DNA of 64,000 nucleotides, taken from contig OZ024741.1 in assembly GCA_964016885.1 (NCBI GenBank), positions 15,996,001-16,060,000 of the forward strand, written 5' to 3'. The notes beneath the pieces were generated by a model. It saw only the letters and a list, made by a program, of their open reading frames with translations. It was not told where the DNA came from and did not search any database. This stretch comes from Eledone cirrhosa (Eukaryota). Position numbers and translations under genes: made by a program. Below, piece by piece: positions 14,020 through 27,000 of this stretch; within the stretch, counting starts at the first letter, position 1; every line of letters starts with the position of its first letter.

Positions 14020-14170
14020 AGTATGTTGTAGAGTTAAAGGTTACGTGATTATAAAGTCGAGAGTGCGATTCTCGGTGGCGAGTTGTGTCTTTCAGTAAGA
14101 CTCTATATTTTACGTTACTCAGCTACTAAAAACGACTTGTAACTGTAATTCAAAAGGCCATCATTGTTAC
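14020..14170 (+). mobile_element. Degenerate tRNA-type SINE fragment (CORE-like)
   Basis: B-box-like gtgcgattctcgg, followed by ttgtgtctttcagtaagactctatattttacgtt and ctgtaattcaaaaggcca, resembling cephalopod SINE bodies from memory. Confidence 0.5.
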
Positions 14171-14184
14171 ATGTTAATTATCAG

Positions 14185-14376
14185 CAAATGGGGTCCCACG
14201 TGCTGGTCGCCCCACTGCCCTGGCGGACAGAATGGAGAAGGCGTTTCCCAGAGGATGGTAGGGGAGGTGCGCTGGAAGAGCCATTCGATCTCGCGAGGCT
14301 CACACCTGCGGCTCGCCAGCTCAGCGCCTATGGTGGTAAGTAGGGGGGTAGCCCTAGGGCCAAGGACACCTGTCAT
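14185..14376 (-). mobile_element. 5'-truncated CRE-clade non-LTR retrotransposon 3' end (C-terminus of the restriction-like endonuclease)
   Basis: TGVLGPRATPLLTTIGAELASRRCEPREIEWLFQRTSPTIL, then after a frameshift GNAFSILSA (14222-14248). This matches the CRE C-terminal signature G.LGP.A...IG....PRE..WLFQR.S....RGNA..IL. Confidence 0.75.
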
Positions 14377-14422
14377 CTAAAGATAGGTTTAACTAACTTT
14401 TTATTACTTTTGTTTTTAGAGA

Positions 14423-14750
14423 TCAGTTAAGTTGTTAGGAGTCTGTTTCAGACCAGATATCCAAAAATATTAGAAAAGGTCAGGAGCATGGTAGCCAGTC
14501 TCATTCAGAAGTGGTCTGAGAGGAAGCTGTGTTTTAGCGGAAGTTGCTGACGAATATTGTGTACTGTGCGCCGTGCTATTTCCTGACCAGATTGGAACAT
14601 GGGCTGGTCCTGCTGCTCAGAAAGTTCAATTGATGCCAATGTCGACTGATGCAAATGAGATGATAGGACTGGGGTCCCTATCATTAAAACACCCAAGAAA
14701 CCTCCAATGAGATACAACCTTGGAGGAGGCCAGCTAAACCTGCATAGGTG
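14423..14750 (+). mobile_element. Tx1/L1-clade RT fragment (pseudogenised)
   Basis: VKLLGVCFRPDIQ (from 14426), then in a shifted frame EKVRSMVASLIQKWSERKLCFSG. This matches the L1/Tx1 pattern KxLGV.F....W..RKLS..GR. Confidence 0.72.
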
Positions 14751-14758
14751 TGAGCTGT

Positions 14759-15090
14759 AACAACAACAACAACAATGCCCACTACAAGAGGATCTCAGCA
14801 TGCCGTCGTTGATGATACAGAGGCGCTGAAACATCCACATCTACAGATTCCTGGAGTGTAGGCTTCTTCCCCGCAGCTTGTTTTCAAAACTGAGCTACTG
14901 ACCTGTGTCAAATGCAGGCCAAAGTCTGTCATTTGACATGGAGGATGTTTGCTATTTACTTAATGAACTCTTCAAGCTGGACCATGTAGTCGATAGACAA
15001 TAGAATGTCGAGCTTCGCATTTTATAGTGGCTTAGTAGAGATGTGAGCGAGAATGGGGTGGAGGGAGTTGTTGGTGTCGTCAGGGATAGA
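14759..15090 (-). mobile_element. Second, more decayed CRE-like 3' end with (TTG)n tail, running into the satellite
   Basis: Minus strand, broken frames: IPDDT..., KPL*NAKLD (W-D-A-T-like), SKH, PAFDTG, WMFQRLCI, QRRHAEIL (RGNA..IL-like), then (TTG)5 at 14759-14775. Confidence 0.55.
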
Positions 15091-18000
15091 CTGTTGGTGT
15101 CGTCAGGGATAGACTGTTGGTGTCGTCAGGGATAGACTGTTGGTGTCGTCAGGGATAGGCTGTTGGTGTCGTCAGGGATAGGCTGTTGCTGTCGTCAGGG
15201 ATAGACTGTTGGTGTCGTCAGGGATAGACTGTTGGTGTCGTCAGAGATAGACTGTTGGTGTCGTCAGGGATAGACTGTTGGTGTCGTCAGGGATAGACTG
15301 TTGGTGTCGTCAGGGATAGACTGTTGGTGTCGTCAGGGATAGACTGTTGGTGTCGTCAGGGATAGGCTGTTGCTGTCGTCAGGGATAGTCTATTGGTGTC
15401 GTCAGGGATAGACTGTTGGTGTCGTCAGGGATAGACTGTTGGTGTCGTCAGGGATAGACTGTTGGTGTCGTCAAGGATAGACTGTTACTGTCGTCAGGGA
15501 TAGACTGTTGGTGTCGTCAGGGAGAGACTGTTGGTGTCGTCAGGGAGAGACTGTTGGTGTCGTCAGGGATAGACTGTTGGTGTCGTCAGGGATAGACTGT
15601 TGGTGTCGTCAGGGATAGATTGTTGGTGTCGTCAGGGATAGACTGTTGGTATCGTCAGGGATAGACTGTTGGTGTCGTCAGGGATAGACTGTTGGTGTCG
15701 TCAGGGATAGCCTGTTGGTGTCGTCAAGGATAGACTGTTGGTGTCGTCAGGGATAGACTGTTGGTGTCGTCAGGGATAGACTGTTGGTGTCGTCAGGGAT
15801 AGATTGTTGGTGTCGTCAGGGATAGACTGTTGGTGTCGTCAAGGATAGACTGTTGCTGTCGTCAGGGATAGACTGTTGGTGTCGTCAGGGATAGACTGTT
15901 GGTGTCGTCAGGGATAGACTGTTGGTGTCGTCAGGGATAGCCTGTTGGTCTCGTCAAGGATAGACTGTTGGTGTCGTCAGGGATAGACTGTTGGTGTCGT
16001 CAGGGATAGACTGTTGGTGTCGTCAGGGATAGACTGTTGGTGTCGTCAGGGATAGACTGTTGGTGTCGTCAGGGATAGCCTGTTGGTCTCGTCAAGGATA
16101 GACTGTTGGTGTCGTCAGGGATAGACTGTTGGTGTCGTCAGGGATAGACTGTTGGTGTCGTCAGGGATAGACTGTTGGTGTCGTCAGGGATAGACTGTTG
16201 GTGTCGTCAGGGATAGATTGTTGGTGTCGTCAGGGATAGCCTGTTGGTCTCGTCAAGGATAGACTGTTGGTGTCGTCAGGGATAGACTGTTGGTGTCGTC
16301 AGGGATAGACTGTTGGTGTCGTCAGGGATAGACTGTTGGTGTCGTCAGGGATAGACTGTTGGTGTCGTAAGGGATAGACTGTTGGTGTCGTCAGGGATAG
16401 ACTGTTGGTGTCGTCAGGGATAGCCTGTTGGTGTCGTAAGAGAGAGACTGTTGGTGTCGTCAGAGATAAACTGTTGGTGTCGTCAGGGATAGACTGTTAC
16501 TGTCGTCAGGGATAGACTGTTGGTGTCGTCAGAGATAGACTGTTACTGTCGTCAGGTATAAACTGTTGGTGTCGTCAGGGATAGATTGTTGGTGTCGTCA
16601 GAGATAGACTGTTGGTGTCGTCAGAGATAGACTGTTGGTGTCGTCAGGGATAGACTGTTGGTGTCGTCAGGGATAGACTGTTGGTGTCGTCAGGGATAGA
16701 CTGTTGGTGTCGTCAGGGATAGACTGTTGGTGTCGTCAGGGATAGACTGTTGGTGTCGTCAGAGATAGACTGTTGGTGACGTCAGGGATAAACTGTTGGT
16801 GTCGTCAGGGATAGACTGTTGGTGTCGTCAGGGATAGACTGTTGGTGTCGTCAGGGATAGACTGTTGGTGTCGTCAGGGATAGACTGTTGGTGTCGTCAG
16901 GGATAGACTGTTGGTGTCGTCAGGGATAGACTGTTGGTGTCGTCAGAGATAGACTGTTGGTGTCGTCAGGGATAGACTGTTGGTGTCGTCAGGGATAGAT
17001 TGTTGGTGTCGTCAGGAATAGACTGTTGGTGTCGTCAGGGATAGACTGTTGGTGTCGTCAGGGATAGACTGTTGCTGTCGTCAGGGATAGACTGTTGGTG
17101 TCGTCAGGGATAGACTGTTGGTGTCGTCAGGGATAGACTGTTGGTGTCGTCAGGGATAGACTGTTGGTGTCGTCAGGGATAGACTGTTGGTGTCGTCAGG
17201 GATAGACTGTTGGTGTCGTCAGGGATAGACTGTTGGTGTCGTCAGGGATAGACTGTTGGTGTCGTCAGGGATAAACTGTTGGTGTCGTCAGGGATAAACT
17301 GTTGGTGTCGTCAGGGATAAACTGTTGGTGTCGTCAGGGATAGACTGTTGGTGTCGTCAGGGATAGACTGTTGGTGTCGTCAGGGATAGACTGCTGGTGT
17401 CGTCAGGGATAGACTGTTGGTGTCGTCAGGGATAGACTGTTGGTGTCGTCAGGGATAGACTGTTGGTGTCGTCAGGGATAGACTGTTGGTGTCGTCAGGG
17501 ATAGACTGTTGGTGTCGTCAGGGATAGCCTGTTGGTGTCGTCAGGGATAAACTGTTGGTGTCGTCAGGGATAGACTGTTGGTGTCGTCAGGGATAGACTG
17601 TTGGTGTCGTCAGGGATAGACTGTTGGTGTCGTCAGGGATAGACTGTTGGTGTCGTCAGGGATAGCCTGTTGGTGTCGTCAGGGATAAACTGTTGGTGTC
17701 GTCAGGGATAGACTGTTGGTGTCGTCAGGGATAGACTGTTGGTGTCGTCAGGGATAGACTGTTGGTGTCGTCAGGGATAGCCTGTTGGTGTCGTCAGGGA
17801 TAAACTGTTGGTGTCGTCAGGGATAGACTGTTGGTGTCGTCAGGGATAGACTGTTGGTGTCGTCAGGGATAAACTGTTGGTGTCGTCAGGGATAAACTGT
17901 TGGTGTCGTCAGGGATAGACTGTTGGTGTCGTCAGGGATAGACTGTTGGTGTCGTCAGGGATAAACTGTTGGTGTCGTCAGAGATAGACTGTTGGTGTCG

Positions 18001-21000
18001 TCAGGGATAGACTGTTGGTGTCGTCAGGGATAGACTGTTGGTGTCGTCAGCGATAGACTGTTGGTGTCGTCAGGGATAGACTGTTGGTGTCGTCAGGGAT
18101 AGACTGTTGGTGTCGTCAGGGATAGCCTGTTGGTGTCGTCAGGGATAAACTGTTGGTGTCGTCAGGGATAGACTGTTGGTGTCGTCAGGGATAGACTGTT
18201 GGTGTCGTCAGGGATAGACTGTTGGTGTCGTCAGGGATAGACTGTTGGTGTCGTCAGGGATAGCCTGTTGGTGTCGTCAGGGATAAACTGTTGGTGTCGT
18301 CAGGGATAGACTGTTGGTGTCGTCAGGGATAGACTGTTGGTGTCGTCAGGGATAGACTGTTGGTGTCGTCAGGGATAGCCTGTTGGTGTCGTCAGGGATA
18401 AACTGTTGGTGTCGTCAGGGATAAACTGTTGGTGTCGTCAGGGATAGACTGTTGGTGTCGTCAGAGATAGACTGTTGGTGTCGTCAGGGATAGACTGTTG
18501 GTGTCGTCAGGGATAGACTGTTGGTGTCGTCAGGGATAGACTTTTGGTGTCGTCAGGGATAAACTGTTGGTGTCGTCAGGGATAAACTGTTGGTGTCGTC
18601 AGGGATAGACTTTTGGTGTCGTCAGGGATAAACTGTTGGTGTCGTCAGGGATAGACTGTTGGTGTCGTCAGGGATAAACTGTTGGTGTCGTCAGGGATAG
18701 ACTGTTGGTGTCGTCAGGGATAGACTGTTGGTGTCGTCAGTGATAGACTGTTGGTGTCGTCAGGGATAGACTGTTGGTGTCGTCAGAGATAGACTGTTAC
18801 TGTCGTCAGGGATAGACTGTTGGTGTCGTCAGGGATAGACTATTGGTGTCGTCAGAGATAGACTGTTGGTGTCGTCAGGGATAGACTGTTGGTGTCGTCA
18901 GGGATAGACTGTTGGTGTCGTCAGGGATAGACTGTTGGTGTCGTCAGAGATAGACTGTTGGTGTCGTCAGGGATAGACTGTTACTGTCGTCAGGGATAGA
19001 CTGTTGGTGTCGTCAGGGATAGACTGTTGGTGTCGTCAGAGATAGACTGTTGGTGTCGTCAGGGATAGACTGTTACTGTCGTCAGGGATAGACTGTTGGT
19101 GTCGTCAGGGATAAACTGTTGGTGTCGTCAGGGATAGACTGTTGGTGTCGTCAGGGATAGACTGTTGGTGTCGTCAGGGATAGACTGTTGGTGTCGTCAG
19201 AGATAGACTGTTGGTGTCGTCAGGGATAGACTGTTGGTGTCGTCAGGGATAGACTGTTGGTGTCGTCAGGGATAGACTGTTGGTGTCGTCAGGGATAGAC
19301 TGTTGGTGTCGTCAGAGATAGATTGTTGGTGTCGTCAGGGATAGACTGTTGGTGTCGTCAGGGATAGATTGTTGGTGTCGTCAGGGATAGACTGTTGGTG
19401 TCGTCAGGGATAAACTGTTGGTGTCGTCAGGGATAGACTGTTACTGTCGTCAGGGATAGACTGTTACTGTCGTCAGGGATAGACTGTTGGTGTCGTCAGG
19501 GATAGACTGTTGGTGTCGTCAGAGATAGACTGTTGGTGTCGTCAGGGATAGACTGTTGGTGTCGTCAGGGATAGACTGTTGGTGTCGTCAGGGATAGACT
19601 GTTGGTGTCGTCAGAGATAGACTGTTGGTGTCGTCAGGGATAGACTGTTGGTGTCGTCAGGGATAGACTGTTGGTGTCGTCAGAGATAGACTGTTGGTGT
19701 CGTCAGGGATAGACTGTTGGTGTCGTCAGGGATAGACTGTTGGTGTCGTCAGGGATAAACTGTTGGTGTCGTCAGGGATAGACTGTTGGTGTCGTCAGGG
19801 ATAGACTGTTGGTGTCGTCAGGGATAGACTGTTGGTGTCGTCAGGGATAGACTGTTACTGTCGTCAGGGATAGACTGTTGGTGTCGTCAGGGATAAACTG
19901 TTGGTGTCGTCAGGGATAGACTGTTGGTGTCGTCAGGGATAAACTGTTGGTGTCGTCAGGGATAGACTGTTGGTGTCGTCAGAGATAGACTGTTGGTGTC
20001 GTCAGGGATAGACTGTTACTGTCGTCAGGGATAAACTGTTGGTGTCGTCAGGGATAGACTGTTGGTGTCGTCAGGGATAAACTGTTGGTGTCGTCAGGGA
20101 TAGACTGTTACTGTCGTCAGGGATAGACTGTTACTGTCGTCAGGGATAGACTGTTGGTGTCGTCAGGGATAGACTGTTGGTGTCGTCAGAGATAGACTGT
20201 TGGTGTCGTCAGGGATAGACTGTTACTGTCGTCAGGGATAGACTGTTGGTGTCGTCAGGGATAAACTGTTGGTGTCGTCAGGGATAGACTGTTGGTGTCG
20301 TCAGGGATAGACTGTTGGTGTCGTCAGGGATAGACTGTTGGTGTCGTCAGAGATAGACTGTTGGTGTCGTCAGGGATAGACTGTTACTGTCGTCAGGGAT
20401 AGACTGTTGGTGTCGTCAGGGATAGACTGTTGGTGTCGTCAGGGATAGACTGTTGGTGTCGTCAGGGATAGACTGTTACTGTCGTCAGGGATAGACTGTT
20501 GGTGTCGTCAGGGATAAACTGTTGGTGTCGTCAGGGATAGACTGTTGGTGTCGTCAGAGATAGACTGTTGGTGTCGTCAGGGATAGACTGTTACTGTCGT
20601 CAGGGATAAACTGTTGGTGTCGTCAGGGATAGACTGTTGGTGTCGTCAGGGATAAACTGTTGGTGTCGTCAGGGATAGACTGTTGGTGTCGTCAGGGATA
20701 GACTGTTACTGTCGTCAGGGATAGACTGTTGGTGTCGTCAGGGATAAACTGTTGGTGTCGTCAGGGATAGACTGTTGGTGTCGTCAGAGATAGACTGTTG
20801 GTGTCGTCAGGGATAGACTGTTACTGTCGTCAGGGATAAACTGTTGGTGTCGTCAGGGATAGACTGTTGGTGTCGTCAGGGATAAACTGTTGGTGTCGTC
20901 AGGGATAGACTGTTACTGTCGTCAGGGATAGACTGTTACTGTCGTCAGGGATAGACTGTTGGTGTCGTCAGGGATAGACTGTTGGTGTCGTCAGAGATAG

Positions 21001-24000
21001 ACTGTTGGTGTCGTCAGGGATAGACTGTTACTGTCGTCAGGGATAGACTGTTGGTGTCGTCAGGGATAAACTGTTGGTGTCGTCAGGGATAGACTGTTGG
21101 TGTCGTCAGGGATAGACTGTTGGTGTCGTCAGGGATAAACTGTTGGTGTCGTCAGGGATAGACTGTTACTGTCGTCAGGGATAGACTGCTGGTGTCGTCA
21201 GGGATAAACTGTTGGTGTCGTCAGGGATAGACTGTTGGTGTCGTCAGGGATAGACTGTTGGTGTCGTCAGGGATAGACTGTTGGTGTCGTCAGGGATAGA
21301 CTGTTACTGTCGTCAGGGATAGACTGTTGGTGTCGTCAGGGATAAACTGTTGGTGTCGTCAGGGATAGACTGTTGGTGTCGTCAGGGATAGACTGTTGGT
21401 GTCGTCAGGGATAGATTGTTGGTGTCGTCAGGGATAGACTGTTGGTGTCGTCAGGGATAAACTGTTGGTGTCGTCAGGGATAGCCTGTTGGTGTCGTCAG
21501 GGATAAACTGTTGGTGTCGTCAGGGATAGACTGTTGGTGTCGTCAGGGATAGACTGTTGGTGTCGTCAGGGATAGACTGTTGGTGTCGTCAGGGATAGAC
21601 TGTTGGTGTCGTCAGGGATAAACTGTTGGTGTCGTCAGGGATAGACTGTTGGTGTCGTCAGGGATAGACTGTTGGTGTCGTCAGGGATAGACTGTTGGTG
21701 TCGTCAGGGATAGCCTGTTGGTGTCGTCAGGGATAAACTGTTGGTGTCGTCAGGGATAGACTGTTGGTGTCGTCAGGGATAGACTGTTGGTGTCGTCAGG
21801 GATAGACTGTTGGTGTCGTCAGGGATAGACTGTTGGTGTCGTCAGGGATAAACTGTTGGTGTCGTCAAGGATAGACTGTTGGTGTCGTCAGGGATAGATT
21901 GTTGGTGTCGTCAGGGATAGACTGTTGGTGTCGTCAGGGATAAACTGTTGGTGTCGTCAAGGATAGACTGTTGGTGTCGTCAGGGATAGACTGTTGGTAT
22001 CGTCAAGGATAAACTGTTGGTGTCGTCAGGGATAGACTGTTGGTGTCGTCAAGGATAGACTGTTGGTGTCGTCAGAGATAAACTGTTGGTGTCGTCAGGG
22101 ATAAACTGTTGGTGTCGTCAGGGATAGACTGTTGGTGTCGTCAGGGATAAACTGTTGGTGTCGTCAAGGATAGACTGTTGGTGTCGTCAGGGATAGATTG
22201 TTGGTGTCGTCAGGGATAGACTGTTGGTGTCGTCAGGGATAAACTGTTGGTGTCGTCAGGGATAGACTGTTGGTGTCGTCAAGGATAGACTGTTGGTGTC
22301 GTCAAGGATAGACTGTTGGTGTCGTCAGGGATAGATTGTTGGTGTCGTCAGGGATAGACTGTTGGTGTCGTCAGGGATAAACTGTTGGTGTCGTCAGGGA
22401 TAGACTGTTGGTGTCGTCAGGGATAAACTGTTGGTGTCGTCAGGGATAAACTGTTGGTGTCGTCAGAGATAGATTGTTGGTGTCGTCAGGGATAGACTGT
22501 TGGTGTCGTCAGGGATAGACTGTTGGTGTCGTCAGGGATAGACTGTTGGTGTCGTCAGGGATAGACTGTTGGTGTCGTCAGGGATAGATTGTTGGTGTCG
22601 TCAGGGATAGACTGTTGGTGTCGTCAGAGATAGACTGTTGGTGTCGTCAGGGATAGATTGTTGGTGTCGTCAGGGATAGACTGTTGGTGTCGTCAGAGAT
22701 AGATTGTTGGTGTCGTCAGGGATAGATTGTTGGTGTCGTCAGAGATAAACTGTTGGTGTCGTCAGGGATAAACTGTTGGTGTCGTCAGGGATAGATTGTT
22801 GGTGTCGTCAGGGATAGACTGTTGGTGTCGTCAGAGATAAACTGTTGGTGTCGTCAGGGATAGACTGTTGGTGTCGTCAGGGATAGACTGTTGGTGTCGT
22901 CAGGGATAAACTGTTGGTGTCGTCAGGGATAGACTGTTGGTGTCGTCAGGGATAGACTGTTGGTGTCGTCAGGGATAGACTGTTGGTGTCGTCAGGGATA
23001 GCCTGTTGGTGTCGTCAGGGATAAACTGTTGGTGTCGTCAGGGATAGACTGTTGGTGTCGTCAGGGATAGACTGTTGGTGTCGTCAGGGATAGACTGTTG
23101 GTGTCGTCAGGGATAGACTGTTGGTGTCGTCAGGGATAAACTGTTGGTGTCGTCAAGGATAGACTGTTGGTGTCGTCAGGGATAGATTGTTGGTGTCGTC
23201 AGGGATAGACTGTTGGTGTCGTCAGGGATAAACTGTTGGTGTCGTCAAGGATAGACTGTTGGTGTCGTCAGGGATAGACTGTTGGTATCGTCAAGGATAA
23301 ACTGTTGGTGTCGTCAGGGATAGACTGTTGGTGTCGTCAAGGATAGACTGTTGGTGTCGTCAGAGATAAACTGTTGGTGTCGTCAGGGATAAACTGTTGG
23401 TGTCGTCAGGGATAGACTGTTGGTGTCGTCAGGGATAAACTGTTGGTGTCGTCAAGGATAGACTGTTGGTGTCGTCAGGGATAGATTGTTGGTGTCGTCA
23501 GGGATAGACTGTTGGTGTCGTCAGGGATAAACTGTTGGTGTCGTCAGGGATAGACTGTTGGTGTCGTCAAGGATAGACTGTTGGTGTCGTCAAGGATAGA
23601 CTGTTGGTGTCGTCAGGGATAGATTGTTGGTGTCGTCAGGGATAGACTGTTGGTGTCGTCAGGGATAAACTGTTGGTGTCGTCAGGGATAGACTGTTGGT
23701 GTCGTCAGGGATAAACTGTTGGTGTCGTCAGGGATAAACTGTTGGTGTCGTCAGAGATAGATTGTTGGTGTCGTCAGGGATAGACTGTTGGTGTCGTCAG
23801 GGATAGACTGTTGGTGTCGTCAGGGATAGACTGTTGGTGTCGTCAGGGATATACTGTTGGTGTCGTCAGGGATAGATTGTTGGTGTCGTCAGGGATAGAC
23901 TGTTGGTGTCGTCAGAGATAGACTGTTGGTGTCGTCAGGGATAGATTGTTGGTGTCGTCAGGGATAGACTGTTGGTGTCGTCAGAGATAGATTGTTGGTG

Positions 24001-27000
24001 TCGTCAGGGATAGATTGTTGGTGTCGTCAGAGATAAACTGTTGGTGTCGTCAGGGATAAACTGTTGGTGTCGTCAGGGATAGATTGTTGGTGTCGTCAGG
24101 GATAGACTGTTGGTGTCGTCAGAGATAAACTGTTGGTGTCGTCAGGGATAGACTGTTGGTGTCGTCAGGGATAGACTGTTGGTGTCGTCAGGGATAAACT
24201 GTTGGTGTCGTCAGGGATAAACTGTTGGTGTCGTCAGGGATAGACTGTTGGTGTCGTCAGGGATAAACTGTTGGTGTCGTCAGGGATAGACTGTTGGTGT
24301 CGTCAGGGATAAACTGTTGGTGTCGTCAGGGATAAACTGTTGGTGTCGTCAGAGATAGATTGTTGGTGTCGTCAGGGATAGACTGTTGGTGTCGTCAGGG
24401 ATAGACTGTTGGTGTCGTCAGGGATAGATTGTTGGTGTCGTCAGGGATAGACTGTTGGTGTCGTCAGGGATAGACTGTTGGTGTCGTCAGAGATAAACTG
24501 TTGGTGTCGACAGGGATAGACTGTTGGTGTCGTCAGGGATAGACTGTTGGTGTCGTCAGGGATAGACTGTTGGTGTCGTCAGGGATAGACTGTTGGTGTC
24601 GTCAGGGATAAACTGTTGGTGTCGTCAGGGATAGACTGTTGGTGTCGTCAGGGATAGACTGTTGGTGTCGTCAGGGATAGACTGTTGGTGTCGTCAGGGA
24701 TAGACTGTTGGTGTCGTCAGGGATAGACTGTTGGTGTCGTCAGGGATAGACTGTTGGTGTCGTCAGAGATAAACTGTTGGTGTCGTCAGGGATAGACTGT
24801 TACTGTCGTCAGGGATAGACTGTTGGTGTCGTCAGGGATAAACTGTTGGTGTCGTCAGGGATAGACTGTTGGTGTCGTCAGGGATAGACTGTTGGTGTCG
24901 TCAGGGATGGACTGTTGGTGTCGTCAGGGATAGACTGTTACTGTCGTCAGGGATAGACTGTTGGTGTCGTCAGGGATAAACTGTTGGTGTCGTCAGGGAT
25001 ATACTGTTGGTGTCGTCAGGGATAGACTGTTGGTGTCGTCAGGGATAGATTGTTGGTGTCGTCAGGGATAGACTGTTACTGTCGTCAGGGATAGACTGTT
25101 GGTGTCGTCAGGGATAGACTGTTGGTGTCGTCAGAGATAGACTGTTGGTGTCGTCAGGGATAGACTGTTTGTGTCGTCAGGGATAGACTGTTGGTGTCGT
25201 CAGGGATAGACTGTTGGTGTCGTCAGGGATAGACTGTTGGTGTCGTCAGGGATAGACTGTTACTGTCGTCAGGGATAGACTGTTGGTGTCGTCAGGGATA
25301 GACTGTTGGTGTCGTCAGAGATAGACTGTTGGTGTCGTCAGGGATAGACTGTTACTGTCGTCAGGGATAGACTGTTGGTGTCGTCAGGGATAAACTGTTG
25401 GTGTCGTCAGGGATAGACTGTTGGTGTCGTCAGGGATAGACTGTTGGTGTCGTCAGGGATAGACTGTTGGTGTCGTCAGAGATAGACTGTTGGTGTCGTC
25501 AGGGATAGACTGTTGGTGTCGTCAGGGATAGACTGTTGGTGTCGTCAGGGATAGACTGTTGGTGTCGTCAGGGATAGACTGTTGGTGTCGTCAGAGATAG
25601 ATTGTTGGTGTCGTCAGGGATAGACTGTTGGTGTCGTCAGGGATAGATTGTTGGTGTCGTCAGGGATAGACTGTTGGTGTCGTCAGGGATAAACTGTTGG
25701 TGTCGTCAGGGATAGACTGTTACTGTCGTCAGGGATAGACTGTTACTGTCGTCAGGGATAGACTGTTGGTGTCGTCAGGGATATACTGTTGGTGTCGTCA
25801 GGGATAGACTGTTGGTGTCGTCAGGGATAGATTGTTGGTGTCGTCAGGGATAGACTGTTACTGTCGTCAGGGATAGACTGTTGGTGTCGTCAGGGATAGA
25901 CTGTTGGTGTCGTCAGAGATAGACTGTTGGTGTCGTCAGGGATAGACTGTTTGTGTCGTCAGGGATAGACTGTTGGTGTCGTCAGGGATAGACTGTTGGT
26001 GTCGTCAGGGATAGACTGTTGGTGTCGTCAGGGATAGACTGTTACTGTCGTCAGGGATAGACTGTTGGTGTCGTCAGGGATAGACTGTTGGTGTCGTCAG
26101 AGATAGACTGTTGGTGTCGTCAGGGATAGACTGTTACTGTCGTCAGGGATAGACTGTTGGTGTCGTCAGGGATAAACTGTTGGTGTCGTCAGGGATAGAC
26201 TGTTGGTGTCGTCAGGGATAGACTGTTGGTGTCGTCAGGGATAGACTGTTGGTGTCGTCAGAGATAGACTGTTGGTGTCGTCAGGGATAGACTGTTGGTG
26301 TCGTCAGGGATAGACTGTTGGTGTCGTCAGGGATAGACTGTTGGTGTCGTCAGGGATAGACTGTTGGTGTCGTCAGAGATAGATTGTTGGTGTCGTCAGG
26401 GATAGACTGTTGGTGTCGTCAGGGATAGATTGTTGGTGTCGTCAGGGATAGACTGTTGGTGTCGTCAGGGATAAACTGTTGGTGTCGTCAGGGATAGACT
26501 GTTACTGTCGTCAGGGATAGACTGTTACTGTCGTCAGGGATAGACTGTTGGTGTCGTCAGGGATAGACTGTTGGTGTCGTCAGAGATAGACTGTTGGTGT
26601 CGTCAGGGATAGACTGTTGGTGTCGTCAGGGATAGACTGTTGGTGTCGTCAGGGATAAACTGTTGGTGTCGTCAGGGATAGACTGTTGGTGTCGTCAGGG
26701 ATAGACTGTTGGTGTCGTCAGGGATAGACTGTTGGTGTCGTCAGGGATAGACTGTTACTGTCGTCAGGGATAGACTGTTGGTGTCGTCAGGGATAGACTG
26801 TTGGTGTCGTCAGGGATAGACTGTTGGTGTCGTCAGGGATAAACTGTTGGTGTCGTCAGGGATAGACAGTTGGTGTCGTCAGAGATAGACTGTTGGTGTC
26901 GTCAGGGATAGACTGTTACTGTCGTCAGGGATAAACTGTTGGTGTCGTCAGGGATAGACTGTTGGTGTCGTCAGGGATAAACTGTTGGTGTCGTCAGGGA

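Noticed and set aside
14505-14840. 111-aa minus-strand ORF as a gene, or a CRCG zinc knuckle of a Jockey-like LINE
   Set aside because: The ORF is a chimera of the CRE-like C-terminus, the (TTG)n tail and antisense Tx1 sequence. The CRE reading explains more motifs in order.
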